A DNA stretch of 64,000 nt from NCBI RefSeq assembly GCF_006345805.1, contig NC_042997.1, positions 150,970,001 to 151,034,000 on the forward strand, read 5' to 3'. Below the pieces are notes generated by a model that had not been told where the DNA came from, did no database searches, and worked only from the letters and a program-made list of their open reading frames with translations. A program made the position numbers and the translations under genes. Position 1 is the stretch's first letter; every line of letters starts with the position of its first letter. This document shows positions 28,640-45,368 of this stretch, piece by piece. The stretch comes from Octopus sinensis. Its lineage: Eukaryota.

Positions 28640-29210
28640 CGAAAGCGTACTGGAGTCGGAAAAATGCAAGCTTTCGCAGGAGATTTCTATTAAAACAGTT
28701 AGGAAGCTAGAAAATAATAAATCAGACATAACAATAATAGGAACAGAAAAGTGAAGTTGCTTACTAATTGCTACATTCCAGAATTGTAAAGAAAAAGGAT
28801 GAACATTTTTTTAAAGGTAGTCACTTTTCTCCAAACACAAGGAAGCGACAAAATACAAGACAGAAACAAACTACTCTGATACACTAACCACAGATGTCAA
28901 CATAGTAGAAATGGCCAAAGAGACAAAAGAAAATAACAACATGAAGACACAATTACAGAAAGTACTAAAGAAGAATGGAGGGAAAATCGCTGCATGTCCA
29001 ATGACTCGTAACACTTCACACAGAAGTGAGCCCAAGTAAAAGCCAACAATGGATCAAAAGCTCTGGACTAAAAGCCAAAACGGAAGTACTGATGAACGCT
29101 GACCACAAAACTATAACAGCAAAATAATGAAAACAGGCTCGAACACCAAATACAGAATGTGTAACGAACACATTTAGAAAGATAAGCAACTGAAAAGCAG
29201 CAGTACTTGA
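28640..29210 (+). mobile_element. Highly decayed R4/Dong-like fragment (thumb to zinc-finger)
   Basis: ...EEWRENRCM..., SQQWIKSSGLKAKTE (QWLxSAGLKAETE-like), KYRMCNE. Confidence 0.5.
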
Positions 29211-32034
29211 CGGTGAAGAGGCATTTTGGATTTTAAAAAATTGAGTAATTGCCATATATTGAACGTAGTGCAATGTAATTCCTTGATGAATGGAGAAGGA
29301 ATCCCGGGCTGGTTGACAAAAGCAATAACAACAGCAACAATAACAGCAACAACAACAGCAATTGCATTAGAACCAAACGAGAAGTTTTAGATGAGGCAAA
29401 CATTTCGAGCATCATTGCTTACTTATCGACCCGAAAACATGAAAGTCAATGTTAGCTTCAGCGAAAGATTCTGCAACTCAGACCTACTAAATATGCTGTT
29501 ATATATGTTTCCACTTCGCACAGCCATTAAATCATTATCTCTATACAACTTTATTGTGATTACACAGCCACTGAATAAACACTAGGTGATAAGGATAAGA
29601 AACGTTCAACCAGACGGACAACAAGCCTTGTGGATAACAGATGGTACTGTTTGTAGTAATGGGAAGCCGATATTTCATGTGTTAATTTTAGCATTCATAT
29701 GCTGATAAGTTTAGTGGAAATAACGAAAGTACTCTTAAAATTATTTATGGCGATTGTATTAATGATTTTAAATATTAATGATATGAATTAAAGCAGTAGT
29801 AAAGATATTAGTAATGTATGTGTTTCCAGAAACTAAGATTTGGACAAGCGCTTCCATTTATGAATGGTTGCATATAATTTAACTGTGAACTGGAAGCTGA
29901 CAATACTTATGTCAACAGTCAGATATATCTTCAGTAGATTACGATCTTAACTAGAGCAGGCTAAACTAATTCTTATAGAGAAATAGCCTTATTTTAGGAT
30001 AACACGCTTTGAATAGCAACGCAAATTAAGTAACTTTAGAGGACTTGGAATTTCAACGTCATAAAATACACTTGCCTACTCAGAAGAATGAAAACAGTGT
30101 CAGGCTAAATAAACAATGTATCGTTATAACAGATAAGATTCACTGATATAGAAATGACATTTTGATAAGATAACTCGTGTAAAGAAATAATCCTTTCTAG
30201 AAAAATAGAAAAGAAATAGATCTCATACGATAAGTAAGTAAACACAATATAAACATGTTTCCAAACACTGAGGCGCATGCAACGCAATATATCCTCCTGC
30301 AATAATATCTTTTAAAGGTACAGAGAAACGAAAAACGAATTAGGGTTCTTTCAAACTATATATTTGAAAACAATCCAAGTAATTCTATGGGATGGTATAC
30401 AGAAACAAGGTTGATAAAAATGATGTCTATACTGAAAGAGTTACAAAACATTTTTAAAAAATCAACATAATTTTTAAAAACCAACAGCTGTACAACAAAT
30501 GTAGTAGCTGGTTGGGATATTGGCGTATAGTTGATGTTCTAAAGATATCTCCATACAAAATTATATCGTTCTATTGAAGACCAGTATTGAACTTTTTCAG
30601 GAAATGGATAGTTCTTGATATCTAGAATATTCGAAGTCATAGGTTATTGTCATTTGACATTCTATAAAGCTAGGTTACGTCAATTATCTAATATTTCATT
30701 AAAAATCTGGAGTAAATATCTAAATGGCATTTTTACTATAAGGTCAACAATAATCACAAAGAAAAGATAATTACTGATACATAATTTTACATTGTTATCT
30801 GTGAACTACTGTCTGAAGTAATAATCAATATTATGACTGAATTTGACTGAATTTTATGGATATAATTTACGAGTTCCTTATTAGCTTAATATTGAGGCGT
30901 ATGACCTAAGGATTAGGGCAATCAGCGTATTGTATCCCTAAGGAAATCGCTTCCTATCATATTGAACCAGTGCATCAGTTGAAAATGAAAACCAGTGATA
31001 TGTGAAGATTAGCGTTTCTGATGAACTGGTGTCATGTTCTCACATTAAATTCTATGGAAGCATGGGGCGGTAACTTCATTGTAGCATGGAGACAGATATA
31101 TTAACTAGATCGCAATTCATCATTCGAAATTAAACAAAACAAACATAACCTATACAATGTTTTTGAAACATGGCATTTCAATCGATTGCACATGACTAGT
31201 GCAAATAAACATCGGTAATTCACAATTTCGATGAAACAATATTGTGCATCTGTATATCAACAAAGAACAAAAAATTCTTTTGGTCTCTGACTACTGCAGA
31301 TTATAATCATCAGGTTTTCTAAATATCTAATGGGGTATTTGAAAGTGATAACAAATGTTTTCGTAATATAATGTAAAGCTTTGAGCTCTTTAATGAAAGC
31401 TAATTTGAAGTATCAGACAATCCTGCTTTCTATAAATTCTTAGTGATGTATTAAATTAAAACTATATTAATACTGCGTATAAGTGAACGACAATGGAGAG
31501 TTAATCCAACAGTTATTAAAACCAGACAATGATAACAGATGTCAATTATTGTTGTCCATTACGAACCTCAAATTTTAATGAATTACACCGAAAATTGTGG
31601 ATGTCCCATAGCTACGTCATTTAAGAAATATTTGTCATACCATGTTAATTTTACTTTCAAAGAGTAGCTAGTTACATTAAATTTTATGAGTTATATTAAA
31701 TTTATTACTGATGGTTTTCAGAGATGAGTAGAAACTAAAACATCCATTTTCCTCATTATGCTTTATAACGCATGTCGTTTATAAATTTATCAATTATTGG
31801 TTTATACTAAAGCTGTTTATTTTTCGTTTTGTTTGAATGATTTTTATTATCTACAACACTTCGATTAGTAGAGAAAAAAGTTTTATCGCAAATGACTGCA
31901 GCCTATAGTATGCAGTTCTTAAGCGCGAAACCACTATCCAAAATCGATAAAGTAGAGCAGAATTTTGAGAAGGTCTTAAAGAGGTATGGCTAGAAATCTT
32001 AAATAGGTATGGCATGAATTGGAATTTGTCCGTA

Positions 32035-32219
32035 TAACTACAACAGCAACAAAAGCAACAACAACAGCAACAAGAACAACAACAAGAGCAACAGCAATAA
32101 TAATAAGGATTTCAAATTTTGGCACAATGCCAGCAATTTCGAGGGAGGGGTAATTTGATTACCTCGTCCCCAGTACTCAACTGTTACTTGCTTTATCGAC
32201 CCCGAAGGGATGAAAGGTA

Positions 32220-32290
<71 letters not shown>

Positions 32291-32960
32291 TAATAATAAT
32301 AATAATAGTAATAATAATGAGAAGAAGAAGAGAAAAAAGAAAAAGAAGAAGAAGAAGAGAAGAAGAAGAAGAAGAAGAGGAAAAACAACAACAACAACAA
32401 CAACAACGACAAAAACAGCAACAATGCTTAAATCTGAAAAGATTTTCGTGTAAATTGAAACATTTGTCATATATAATAAAGAAAATTACGATATCTGTTA
32501 CGATGAAGTTAAGAAACGTACAGCAGCTAGTGCTGCTGATGCTGCTGCAACTACTGCTGATGCTATTGCTGCTGTTACTGCTACTACTTCTGCTACTGCT
32601 GCTACTGCCACTTCTGCTGCTGTTGCAACTACTGCTGCCATTGAAGATGATGATGATTAAGGGGTTGATATATTTGATGGTGATGTTGATAATGATGATG
32701 AAATTAGTGGTTGTGCTGCTGTTGCTGGTGGTACTGATGGTGCTAGTGGTGCTGGTGCCGGTGATGTTGATGGGGCAGTGGTTGTGTGGGGGACTAGTTG
32801 TGTTGGGGAGTGGTGTTATAGAGGAGTGATGGTGATATTTATCATGGGGGATCAACATTGATGGTGGAGACAATGGTGGTGGGGCTGTTGCTGCAGATGT
32901 TGACGACGACAACGATGATGATGTCGAATGTGGCGCTGACCGATTTTGGGGGAAAGGACA
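32035..32960. repeat. Compound trinucleotide low-complexity block (AAC, TAA, GAA, GCT, GAT, GGT) containing a SINE 3' half at 32100-32220 (minus)
   Basis: Directly visible. The reverse complement of ttacctttcatcccttcggggtcgataaagcaagtaacagttgagtactgggg matches the 14033 family. Confidence 0.9.
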
Positions 32961-33578
32961 GAAATGATGATGACAACGACACTAACCATTTCATCATCGT
33001 ACAGAAACACTCTTATGAGAAAACATTCAACAGCTACTGTCAAAATAAACACTCTAAAGCGTATTTAAGGTAAACTCTCAAATAATTTATTAACATTTCT
33101 TATTGCAGACAAAAACCACTTCAAATTTTTCTGATCAAAACATCTATTTTATTCGTCAGAATGTCTCTGGTTCCTTCTGAAGTTTCTAACCATTGTCTGA
33201 AATGGAATTTTCATGACTTAGCGTTGCCCAAACGAACGATCTTCAGGTTTTGACTGAAATACTCTTCACATTTCGTCATGGAATTGGTTGAAGTTTTCTT
33301 TTTCAATTCACTCTGTGAAAAATATATGAGGAGATTAAGCAATAAAAGTAAATTCAGGAAATCCTATTTATCTCTATTCAAAATCAGAAATCTCGTTTCG
33401 TCGTATTGTGTCTCATCAGTGCCAGTTCCGTACAGAAAAGAAAATTACATTTCCTGTGTGATGCTTAGGAAATTGTGAAATTAGTAAATTGTAGTGTAAA
33501 ATTATACAGGTAAATCATAGATAATTGTATTTTGGCAGAACAAACACCAATATGGATTTATTTTTTGCTTTTTTTTGC

Positions 33579-33629
<51 letters not shown>

Positions 33630-33880
33630 AGGAGAGGAAAAATTATAAGGCAGAATGCTACATTGATTGTAAAATTTTCCAAACACCCATTTTTTATTAA
33701 AATTTACTTTTAATTTAGCATTCTACATTATAATGTTTCCTCTGCTATCATTTCTACACGTGCGGTTATCGCAACCCCACCATTTACTGACTTATACATG
33801 TATATATATATATATATAGCATATATAAATCTGTCACTATTCCTATATGCAATAGATAAAAAGATAAATAGATACATACA

Positions 33881-33914
<34 letters not shown>

Positions 33915-35346
33915 CATACATGCACACATACATACACACCTACATACATACATACGTAGGATATATGGATATGTATTGCATATGAAAAACAATTAAATAA
34001 TGTACTTTGGAATCGGTCTCCAGTAACTTCATGTTTAGCGAAACTTAAATCGTACACATTCTCACATATATACTGTCCAAATCGTATTTTCACACAAACG
34101 TCTATTGATGAGTTCGTACACGAATTTGTCAACTACAGTAAAGCACATTTTATCTTCAAAGGGAAATGTCTTCTCTAATTTGTTTTTTCGCTCGCATGCT
34201 CCGGTCTGAACTGAATCACCAGACATGGTTCAAAGCATTTCAAGATGTCTTCCCTGTATTTTTTCCTGAATGCATTATAAACTGTGGTGTTTTTGCATTG
34301 AAGGGTACGCTGCATGAATACGTTGCTGACTTTTATAACATGTCACACGACTACGTAAGAGTTCATCCATTTGGTTGTCATTATATACTGGAACTGTTGG
34401 CGTTGTTGCGATTGTTTTTAATATCAACGGATCCACTTCGGTTCTATTCAGGATTCTATTATTTACGTGGAAACTGCTCTCCATTCATCTTAAAATTCCA
34501 AGTAATAATATAACATTAAGCATATTGTACATGAGTCCCAATATAATTTAATAGCCATTACTGAACATAGAAGTGAAAACCAGGATTGGCATCGCAAATG
34601 TGCTATAAGCGATACCTTTTTTTTATTTTTATTGCGTTAAGTCGCTGAGCTCTGGTCATGCTGGGGCACCACCTTTGTCGATATATTATCGATATTGGAG
34701 GAGTTCAAGACTTAATGGGAAGGAAGGATGAAGAGAAACAGCGAAAGAAGAATAAACATAACGTAACGTACAGTCGATCGATGAACTGATTTCCTGCAAT
34801 CCGTATGACCACTGATCATTTCGGTGTTGGTGAGGTTGTCGCATGTCAATTTATCATCAGGTCAATATCTTGACGTTGTACATTTCACCAGCAGAATGTC
34901 ACTAGGTTACATCCTCTTTTATTTTAGGTTCAGGTTATAATGGGCCATGTATGTATCCAATTGTTCCTGCAAGTGGTTCTCGGAATGATTTCATTGGATT
35001 TTCTTTAAAATGTAACGTAAATATATATTGGTACATAATCTAGATAAATTCCGGAGATGTAGGGGAAATAATGATAAGAATATTATGTGTGTCTAAAATT
35101 CTTTAAATCTATCATAAAAATATCCTAATTTCTTGAAAATTGCTTACGTAATCTCGGAAAGGGGAATCAGATTAGAAAAGCAATACAGAGTTATTAATAT
35201 ATGCATGAGAATTACGATTCGGAATACATTATTTATTTCTGCAATGAAAATGTTCAGTTATGTGAAATGTAATCTCTAGAACCCTATTACGGATTCAAAG
35301 GTGCTATTAAGTAAGTGTATCTTCAGAATCACAGAGAGAAAATGAT

Positions 35347-35385
<39 letters not shown>

Positions 35386-36978
35386 GAGGAGAGAGGGAAG
35401 TACATTTTAATATGGTTTTTAAGTATAAACATTTGTTAGGTGGCTCCCCCGAAAATTTTATTTATTTGAAATTACACAATCATAAAGACTAGCGTCTACA
35501 AGTAATCCAGGTAACAGAACGTTATGAGGATTAAGCGACTTCAGATACTTTATGCGAGAAAAACGACAAGTGGCCAAAATAGGTTTGTTGGTGACAGGTT
35601 ATATAATATCAGTTTTGTTCATGTACATCTTTTACCTGCATATTGATCTTTGCATGCATATGCACGGTAGATGATAGATCATTTTTCCTGTTGATAATTA
35701 ATATAGGCTGTTGCAGCAAATGCAGTTTGTCATGGACCCAGAGTTGGCAATTATGAACTGAGTAGGAAAAGACCCTGTTGAGGAAAGTCCATGTCATTTT
35801 AAAGAAGTAATTTCCTTGCTCACGGGAGAGTCAAGTAGAGTTATACGATCCCTACACTTTAAGTAGAGCAGATGTTCGTAAAGAGGATTGAGCGTAAGTA
35901 CATTTATTTCTTTAATTTTCTTACCAAATGCGATCCAGCTTCTCAATATCCTTCACCTGAGGAGGCCGGCTGAAGTTAACTTTATCTCTGGATGTAATGT
36001 GGAGGTAGAAGTGTTCTCCAGAGATTAGGCAAAATCATGTTCGTTCTATGGCAAAATGCAATGATCAAACATTTCTTTAGAATGTCAATGTAAAAAGAAA
36101 ACACTCTTTATATTTACAGCCGTTATTCAACTTAATAATAGAACATATATGCATGTATGTAGATTAATTTCCTTCACTTCAAATTTTTAAATATTTATGT
36201 CTAACGAAAGCCAAATCTTTCTTATTTCAAATTTTTCTATTTCGCATTCATTTCCGAATTATAAATTAAATATGTTCTCCAAATATTATATAATACAAAT
36301 GCTCACACGCGCGCGCATGCATATGCAAACACGTTGTGAAGAGCCCCCGTATTTTATTTAACTATTTTGTCTGTTGGAAGTTACAAATTCAAAATTGTTC
36401 TAGTTTGATACGTATTCATATGCAATTTGTGTATACTTCACTTCATGGTTATTTACATCTCTTATTTAGAGTTTTTGTAGATATTTCTAATTAAGTAGGT
36501 CATCCGCTCTGATTTCCAGAGAAGACTATTTGTTGGAACAGCCTCTAAAGTCATGCACGTATTCGAAGACCTAAATAAAATCATCTCCAAAATGCATAAT
36601 TGAGGGGATCGAACAATAGCGAAACATTGTGTAGAAAGCGATTGAAATGCGCCAATAAAATTGATAGCAGAATAAACATCTACATTGCTAAAACTAAAAA
36701 ATCGTTTATCGTGAGGTCCACAATTCAGTAAACGATGAGAGGGCTGCAATTGCTATATTTCTTCTCTTCTACATCAATATTAACGAGAGAAAAATGGTAT
36801 TTAGACTCTTAAAATGTGTCATTGCATCAAGGAACAATGTAGCCTCCCCTTATAAATGAGCATTCATTCTATATCTTTTATATTCCCAATGATATTCAGC
36901 TTCAACCGAATAATATAAATAGTGAAATTCCAAATATAGTTTGCTGTATCGGCATTGCTTCGGTATATATATATGTGT

Positions 36979-38658
<1,680 letters not shown>

Positions 38659-38667
38659 ATATATATA

Positions 38668-38702
<35 letters not shown>

Positions 38703-39163
38703 TGTCTTTGTGGGGGTGTGGCTATGGGTGTGTGAGTGTTTGTCAAATCAACTGCAAAAGCAACAGCAAACGTCAAAAACAAGTTTGTAATTAATATTAT
38801 TAAGCTAACACTTACAGAAGGAAAAGTATATACAGTAGTAAAATTATAACGCTGTGGACATAGATTTTCATTGGATAAAAGAGGAAAGTCCATGGAGAGA
38901 CAATGCAGACAAGTAGGGTGATTAGAAAAGAGAGAAGAGAGCTAGGATTGCATTCAGAAGTTAGACCAAATAACCAAATATGTCAGAAAAATTTCTACAC
39001 TTTAATGGCAAGAGATTATCCTTTCAAGTGTGTGTATGCGTATATGAAGACATGTCTGGACATGAGCCTACGACGCAGCTTACATGTATGTAGTATGTAT
39101 GCGTATATATATTCATCAGCGTATGTGTGCATGTGTACGTGTATGTGAGCTTATGCAAATGAA

Positions 39164-39470
39164 GGCGCGTGGCTTAGTGGTTGGGGCGTACCGCTCGAGA
39201 TTGTAAGGTTGTGAGTTCAATTCCCTGCGACGCGTTGTGTCCTTGAGTAAAACACTTTATTTCCCGTTGCTGCAGTCCACTCAGCTGGCAAAAATAAGTA
39301 GTACTTGTATTTCAAATGGTCGGCCTTGTAACCCTTTGTGTTACGCGGAATCTCCCTGCGAGCTACGTTAAAGTTACACGTGTATGTGGAGTGCTCAACC
39401 ACTTGCACGCTAATTTCACGAGCAAGCTGTTCGTTGATCGTATTGGCTGGGACTCTCGTCGTAGTAACCA
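39164..39470 (+). mobile_element. tRNA-derived SINE (ggcgcgtggcttagtggtt... family)
   Basis: A box tggcttagtgg and B box gagttcaattcc, then gtgtccttgagtaaaacac...cagtccactcagctggcaaaaat. A reverse copy lies at 56143-56378. Confidence 0.85.
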
Positions 39471-40798
39471 ACAAAGTGTACTCATATGTATAGGAGACAT
39501 GGGCAGTATATTTTTATGGGTGTAAGTGTATTTAATTGGTAACATCGGGAGCGTTTGTGTGTGCATGTGTGTGTATGTGTATGCAAGTGTGTGTGTTTGT
39601 GAGTGAATAGTTGTATGTCAATTAGTTATGCATTTATATATATTGGTGTGTGTCTCTGTGTGTTCGTGTGTGATTTAGTGTGAATCGTATGTTAGATATG
39701 TGTTTATGTGTATGTGTGTACCCAGAGGATGCTTGCTCTACCAGTATTAACACTCGCAGTTAGCTACGAGTAGCATATGGTCGCAGCATGAAGGGCCCAA
39801 TCAAGACAGGGGGCAATGTATTCGGCTGTATGTTTGTGCGAATGTGTGTGGCCCTGTTCCTATGCATATATATGTGCATGCGCAGGAATATCAATTGTTG
39901 CATGCATATGTAATTATACTCATTTGAAAACATTGTAAAATGCATATAGCTCTTCATATATATATATGTGGTTTTATGTGGGTTTCATTATTATGGTTAT
40001 TTTTTAATGAATATTATATCTGTATCTATATGTATAAGTGTATGTATAGATATATTTATATGTGTACGTGGATGTGTACGTATTTAGATATGTTTATTTA
40101 CATTCATATATTATACTATAATATTAAATTAAGGGTTGTTGGGTATAACCTGATACGGGTTGAATGGATGAATGGGAGCCACATGTTGTTGAATGCATAG
40201 GGGTGCATTTGGTTGGTTGTCCCCTACATTTTGTGAATGTTTCCAATCCCCTTGTATTACAGTTTGGGAATGGTGATCATGGCAGATTTATTTATTCTGG
40301 GTAGGTTTGTGATGTAGTTATATATACGTATATATAGATGTATGGGAGGGTGTCCGTGAATATGCATGTGCATGTGCGTGTGTGCGCGTGTACAAGTGCA
40401 TGTGGAGATGCGGGTGTGAATGCGTGCACTTGTAAATGCGTGTGCTTGTGCATGCACATATATACATGCATGCTTGCATGTGAGCGCGATTGCACCCGTA
40501 TGCGTGTACACACTCATACATACATATAATAAATATTTATTTATTTATTTTTTGTGAATGTGTGTGTTTATATATATGTGTATTTGGTGATGTGTGTGTA
40601 TATATATATATATATATAAATAATAAATATTAGGGAATAAATCCAAATTTACAGGGAAAAAAATCAGATTTAGGATTAAATCCAATTTTATAGTAAAATA
40701 TTATAAAATATTATTAGAGACAAAACCACTATTTTGCAAAACAAACAAGGAAAGACTTAATCAATACATAAAATTTTAATAAATAGTCAAAAAAACCG

Positions 40799-40841
40799 CC
40801 ACTACAATCGTTTCTTGTCTTGATCGACAATCTTCAGGTGG
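40799..40841 (-). ncRNA. Minimal type I hammerhead ribozyme motif
   Basis: Minus strand: ccac CUGAAGA uuguc gaucaa gacaa GAAAC gauu GUA gugg. Stem I is 4 bp, stem II is 5 bp, stem III is minimal, and the cleavage triplet is GUA. Confidence 0.8.
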
Positions 40842-42033
40842 ACTTCCAATCTAAAAAATCAATATTTTAAAATATAAAAATAATAATTTTAAAATAATAA
40901 AGTATGAATGAAAAAATATAAGTATATAATCCATATATAACCTATATATAATCCATATATAATCAATATATAAACAATATATAAACTAAAAAAAACCTAT
41001 CAACAATTAAATATAAAATATAAAATATAAAATATAAAATATAAACTAAAAAAAAAAAATAATAAAATAATATAATAATAAACTATATATACACCCATAC
41101 ACATATACCTAATTATATATACCATATCTAACTACATACACTAAATCACACACCTATATATATATCCCTATGCATACACATAAAAACGTCTAGGCAACTA
41201 TAAATAAATAAAATAGCTAAATACTTCAACACAATACTTATTCATACTCCCACACACATACAACCCACATTCACGCTCTAGAAAACGGACATCACTCAAA
41301 ACTATGAACGGAGAAATGGAATAAATGGAATTAAAAATTATATTCACTTGGTAAAACGAACACTACTTAAAAATTAGGAATGAAACAATGCAATAAAACA
41401 ACAGACATCGCAAATAGACACAAATTACTACGAATTCCTTAACAAACCTACCATGATAAACCAAAACTCACAAAAACATATAATGATAAAATCTCCCTTT
41501 ACTAAACTCTATAACAAACCTATATAGCAATCCCCCTAACCTAAACATTCACACACAAATACACACACGTAAACCACACACCCACGACATATACAAATAC
41601 CCACACCACTTACACATACCAATACATACATATAAACCTCAACATATACTCCAAAAACCCACTCAACCCCACACAGACAATAAACACAAAAATTATGAAT
41701 GGATTCTTTTATAAAACTACCATGATAAGCTAAAACTCACAAAACAGAAATGATAAAACCTCCCTTTACTAAACACTATAACATACTTATATAGCAATCC
41801 CTTTAACCTATACATTCACACACAAAACACACACGTAAACCACACACCCATAACAAATACAAACACCCACCCCACTCACACACACCCACAAGTACATATA
41901 AGCCTCAACATATACACCAAACAAAATTACTTTACCAAGGAACTTAACATATGTATAAAAAGTATAACCGCTCTGGAAACGAACATCTCTAAATTAATGA
42001 ATGGAGAAATGGAATAAATGGAATTAAAAATAA

Positions 42034-45000
42034 TATTCACGTGGCAAAACGAACACCACTCAAAAATTATGAATGAAACAATGTAATAAAACAACCAACA
42101 TCGAAAATAGACAAATTACCACGAATTCCCTAAAAAAACCATGATAACCAAAACTCTTAAAAACATATAACGATAAAATCTCCCTTTGCTAAACTCTATA
42201 ACAAACCTATATAGTAATCCCCCTAACCTAACCTAACATTCACACACAAATACACACACGTAAACCACAGACCCACGACTTATACACATACCTATACTAA
42301 CTTATAAACCTCAATATACACCAAAACCCATTCCCTCCCCACACAGACAAATTAACACATACATCCCAAAACCTAAATAACAAACCCATATACACATTCA
42401 CACACAAAAACACACCCCACGCAAAACCACCCACACAACAGATACATATACTCCCTCACATATACGCATATACATACTCACTAAACTCGATATATACAAC
42501 AATATTTACACACCCACACTCATACAGATAAATAAATTATACAACTAAAAACTCACACACAATCTCATATACATAACCACTCCTATGAAAACACATTAAA
42601 TACATCGTAATTACCAGAATATCAAAAATAACAATATGACATAAGGATAAATAAAATACATACTTACAAGTCAGTTTCAAATTATGAAGTGAAATTAAAT
42701 CCTTAGCCGTTAAAAAAATCAACCAAAATTACGTTACCATAGAAATAACTTATGTAAAAAAAGAATACGCGCCATGGAAAGTAAACGTCATTTAAATATG
42801 AATGGAGAAATAGAATAAATGGAACTAAAAACTATATCCACGTGGCAAACCAACACTACTTAAAAAAATTTATTATGAATGGATTCTTTAAAAAACTACC
42901 ATGAAAAATCATTATATACATTTATGAGCTTTAGCTCACCTTAGCAGCTCTAACAAACAACTTGCAGTAACCCAAACCATTCTCTATGCCTACCTCACTA
43001 CTACACTATTCCATTCACAATTCCAAGCAACGCTAGTCCACCACCCGGTTATTCACGTGGCAAAACGAACACCACTCAAAATTATGAATGAAACAATGTA
43101 ATAAAACACCAACATCGAAAATAGACAAATTACCACGAATTCCCTAAAAAAACCATGATAAACCAAAACTCATAAAAACATATAACGATAAAATCTCCCT
43201 TTGCTAACTCTATAACAAACCTATATAGCATCCCCCTAACCTAAACATTCACACACAATACACACACGTAACCACAGACCCACGACTGATACACATACCT
43301 ATACTAACTTATAAACCTCAATATACACCAAAACCCACTCCCTCCCCACACAGACAAATTAACACATACATCCCAAAACCTAAATAACAAACCCATATAC
43401 ACATTCACACACAAACACACACACACGCAAAACACACACACAACAGATACATATACTCCCTCACATATACGCATATACATACTCACTAAACTCGATATAT
43501 ACAACAATATTTACACCCCACACTCATACAGATAAATAAATTATACAACTAAAAACTCACACACAATCTCATATACATAAACACTCCTATGAAAACAACA
43601 TTAAATACATCGTAATTAACCAGAATATCAAAAAAAATACAATATGACATAAGGATAAATAAAATACATACTTACAAGTCAGTTTCAAATTATGAAGTGA
43701 AATTAAATTCTTAGCCGTTAAAAAAACCAAACCAAAATTACGTTACCATAATAGAAATAACTTATGTAAAAAAAGAATACGCGCCATGGAAGTAAACGTC
43801 ATTTAAATTATGAATGGAGAAATAGAATAAATGGAACTAAAAACTATATCCACGTGGCAAACCAACACTACTTAAAAAAATTTATTATGAATGGATTCTT
43901 TAAAAAACTACCATGAAAAATCATTATATACATTTATGAGCTTTAGCTCACCTTAGCAGCTCTAACAACAACTTGCAGTAACCCAAACCCATTCTCTATG
44001 CCTACCTCACTACTACACTATTCCATTCACAATTCCAAGCAACGCTAGTCCACCACCCGTTATTCACGTGGCAAAACGAACACCACTCAAAAATTATGAA
44101 TGAAACAATGTAATAAAACAACCACATCGAAAATAGACAAATTACCACGAATTCCCTAAAAAAACCATGATAAACCAAAACTCATAAAAACATATAACGA
44201 TGAAATCTCCCTTTGCTAAACTCTATAACAAACCTATATAGCAATCCCCCTAACCTAAACATTCACACACAAATACACACACGTAAACCACAGACCCACG
44301 ACTTATACACATACCTATACTAACTTATAAACCTCAATATACACCAAAACCCACTCCCTCCCCACACAGACAAATTAACACATACATCCCAAAACCTAAA
44401 TAACAAACCCATATACACATTCACACACAAACACACACACACGCAAAACACACACACACAACAGATACATATACTCCCTCACATATACGCATATACATAC
44501 TCACTAAACTCGATATATACAACAATATTTACACACCCACACTCATACAGATAAATAAATTATACAACTAAAAACTCACACACAATCTCATATACATAAA
44601 CACTCCTATGAAAACAACATTAAATACATCGTAATTAACCAGAATATCAAAAATAACAATATGACATAAGGATAAATAAAATACATACTTACAAGTCAGT
44701 TTCAAATTATGAAGTGAAATTAAATTCTTAGCCGTTAAAAAAACCAAACCAAAATTACGTTACCATAGAAATAACTTATGTAAAAAAAGAATACGCGCCA
44801 TAGAAAGTAAACGTCATTTAAATTATGAATGGAGAAATAGAATAAATGGAACTAAAAACTATATCCACGTAGCAAACCAACACTACTTAAAAAAATTTAT
44901 TATGAATGGATTCTTTAAAAAACTACCATGAAAAATCATTATATACATTTATGAGCTTTAGCTCACCTTAGCAGCTCTAACAAACAACTTGCAGAAACCC

Positions 45001-45078
45001 AAACCTATTCTCGATGCCTACCTCACTACCACACTAATCCATTCACAATTCCAAGCAACGCTAGTCCACCACCCGGTT
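42034..45078. repeat. Three near-identical ~1.015-kb tandem copies
   Basis: The unit start tattcacgtggcaaaacgaacaccactc recurs at 42034, 43050 and 44061; the unit end is gcaacgctagtccaccacccggtt. Confidence 0.95.
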
Positions 45079-45325
45079 ACAATTCCCAACTCCACCCATT
45101 CATTCACAATTTCAACGACGTTCGCCTCCACAGCGCTTATATTTTATATTTTATATTTAATTGTTGATAGGTTTTTTTAGTTTATATATTGTTTATATAT
45201 TGATTATATATGGATTATATATAGGTTATATATGGATTATATACTTATATTTTTTCATTCATACTTTAATTATTTTAAAATTATTATTTTTATATTTTAA
45301 AATATTGATTTTTTAGATTGGAAGT

Positions 45326-45368
45326 CCACCTGAAGATTGTCGATCAAGACAAGAAACGATTGTAGTGG
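45326..45368 (+). ncRNA. Minimal type I hammerhead ribozyme motif (inverted copy of 40799-40841)
   Basis: ccac CTGAAGA ttgtc gatcaa gacaa GAAAC gatt GTA gtgg. Confidence 0.8.

Noticed and set aside
35880-36050. Protein-like minus-strand reading SGEHFYLHITSRDKVNFSRPPQVKDIEKLDRIW ending at GTAAGA, and a similar candidate at 58832-58904
   Set aside because: No convincing acceptor in frame, upstream in-frame stop or ambiguous frame, and no recognisable domain.
42222-42240. CCCTAACCTAACCTAA telomere-like motif within the tandem unit
   Set aside because: Only 2-3 imperfect units in an AC-rich background, which is expected by chance.
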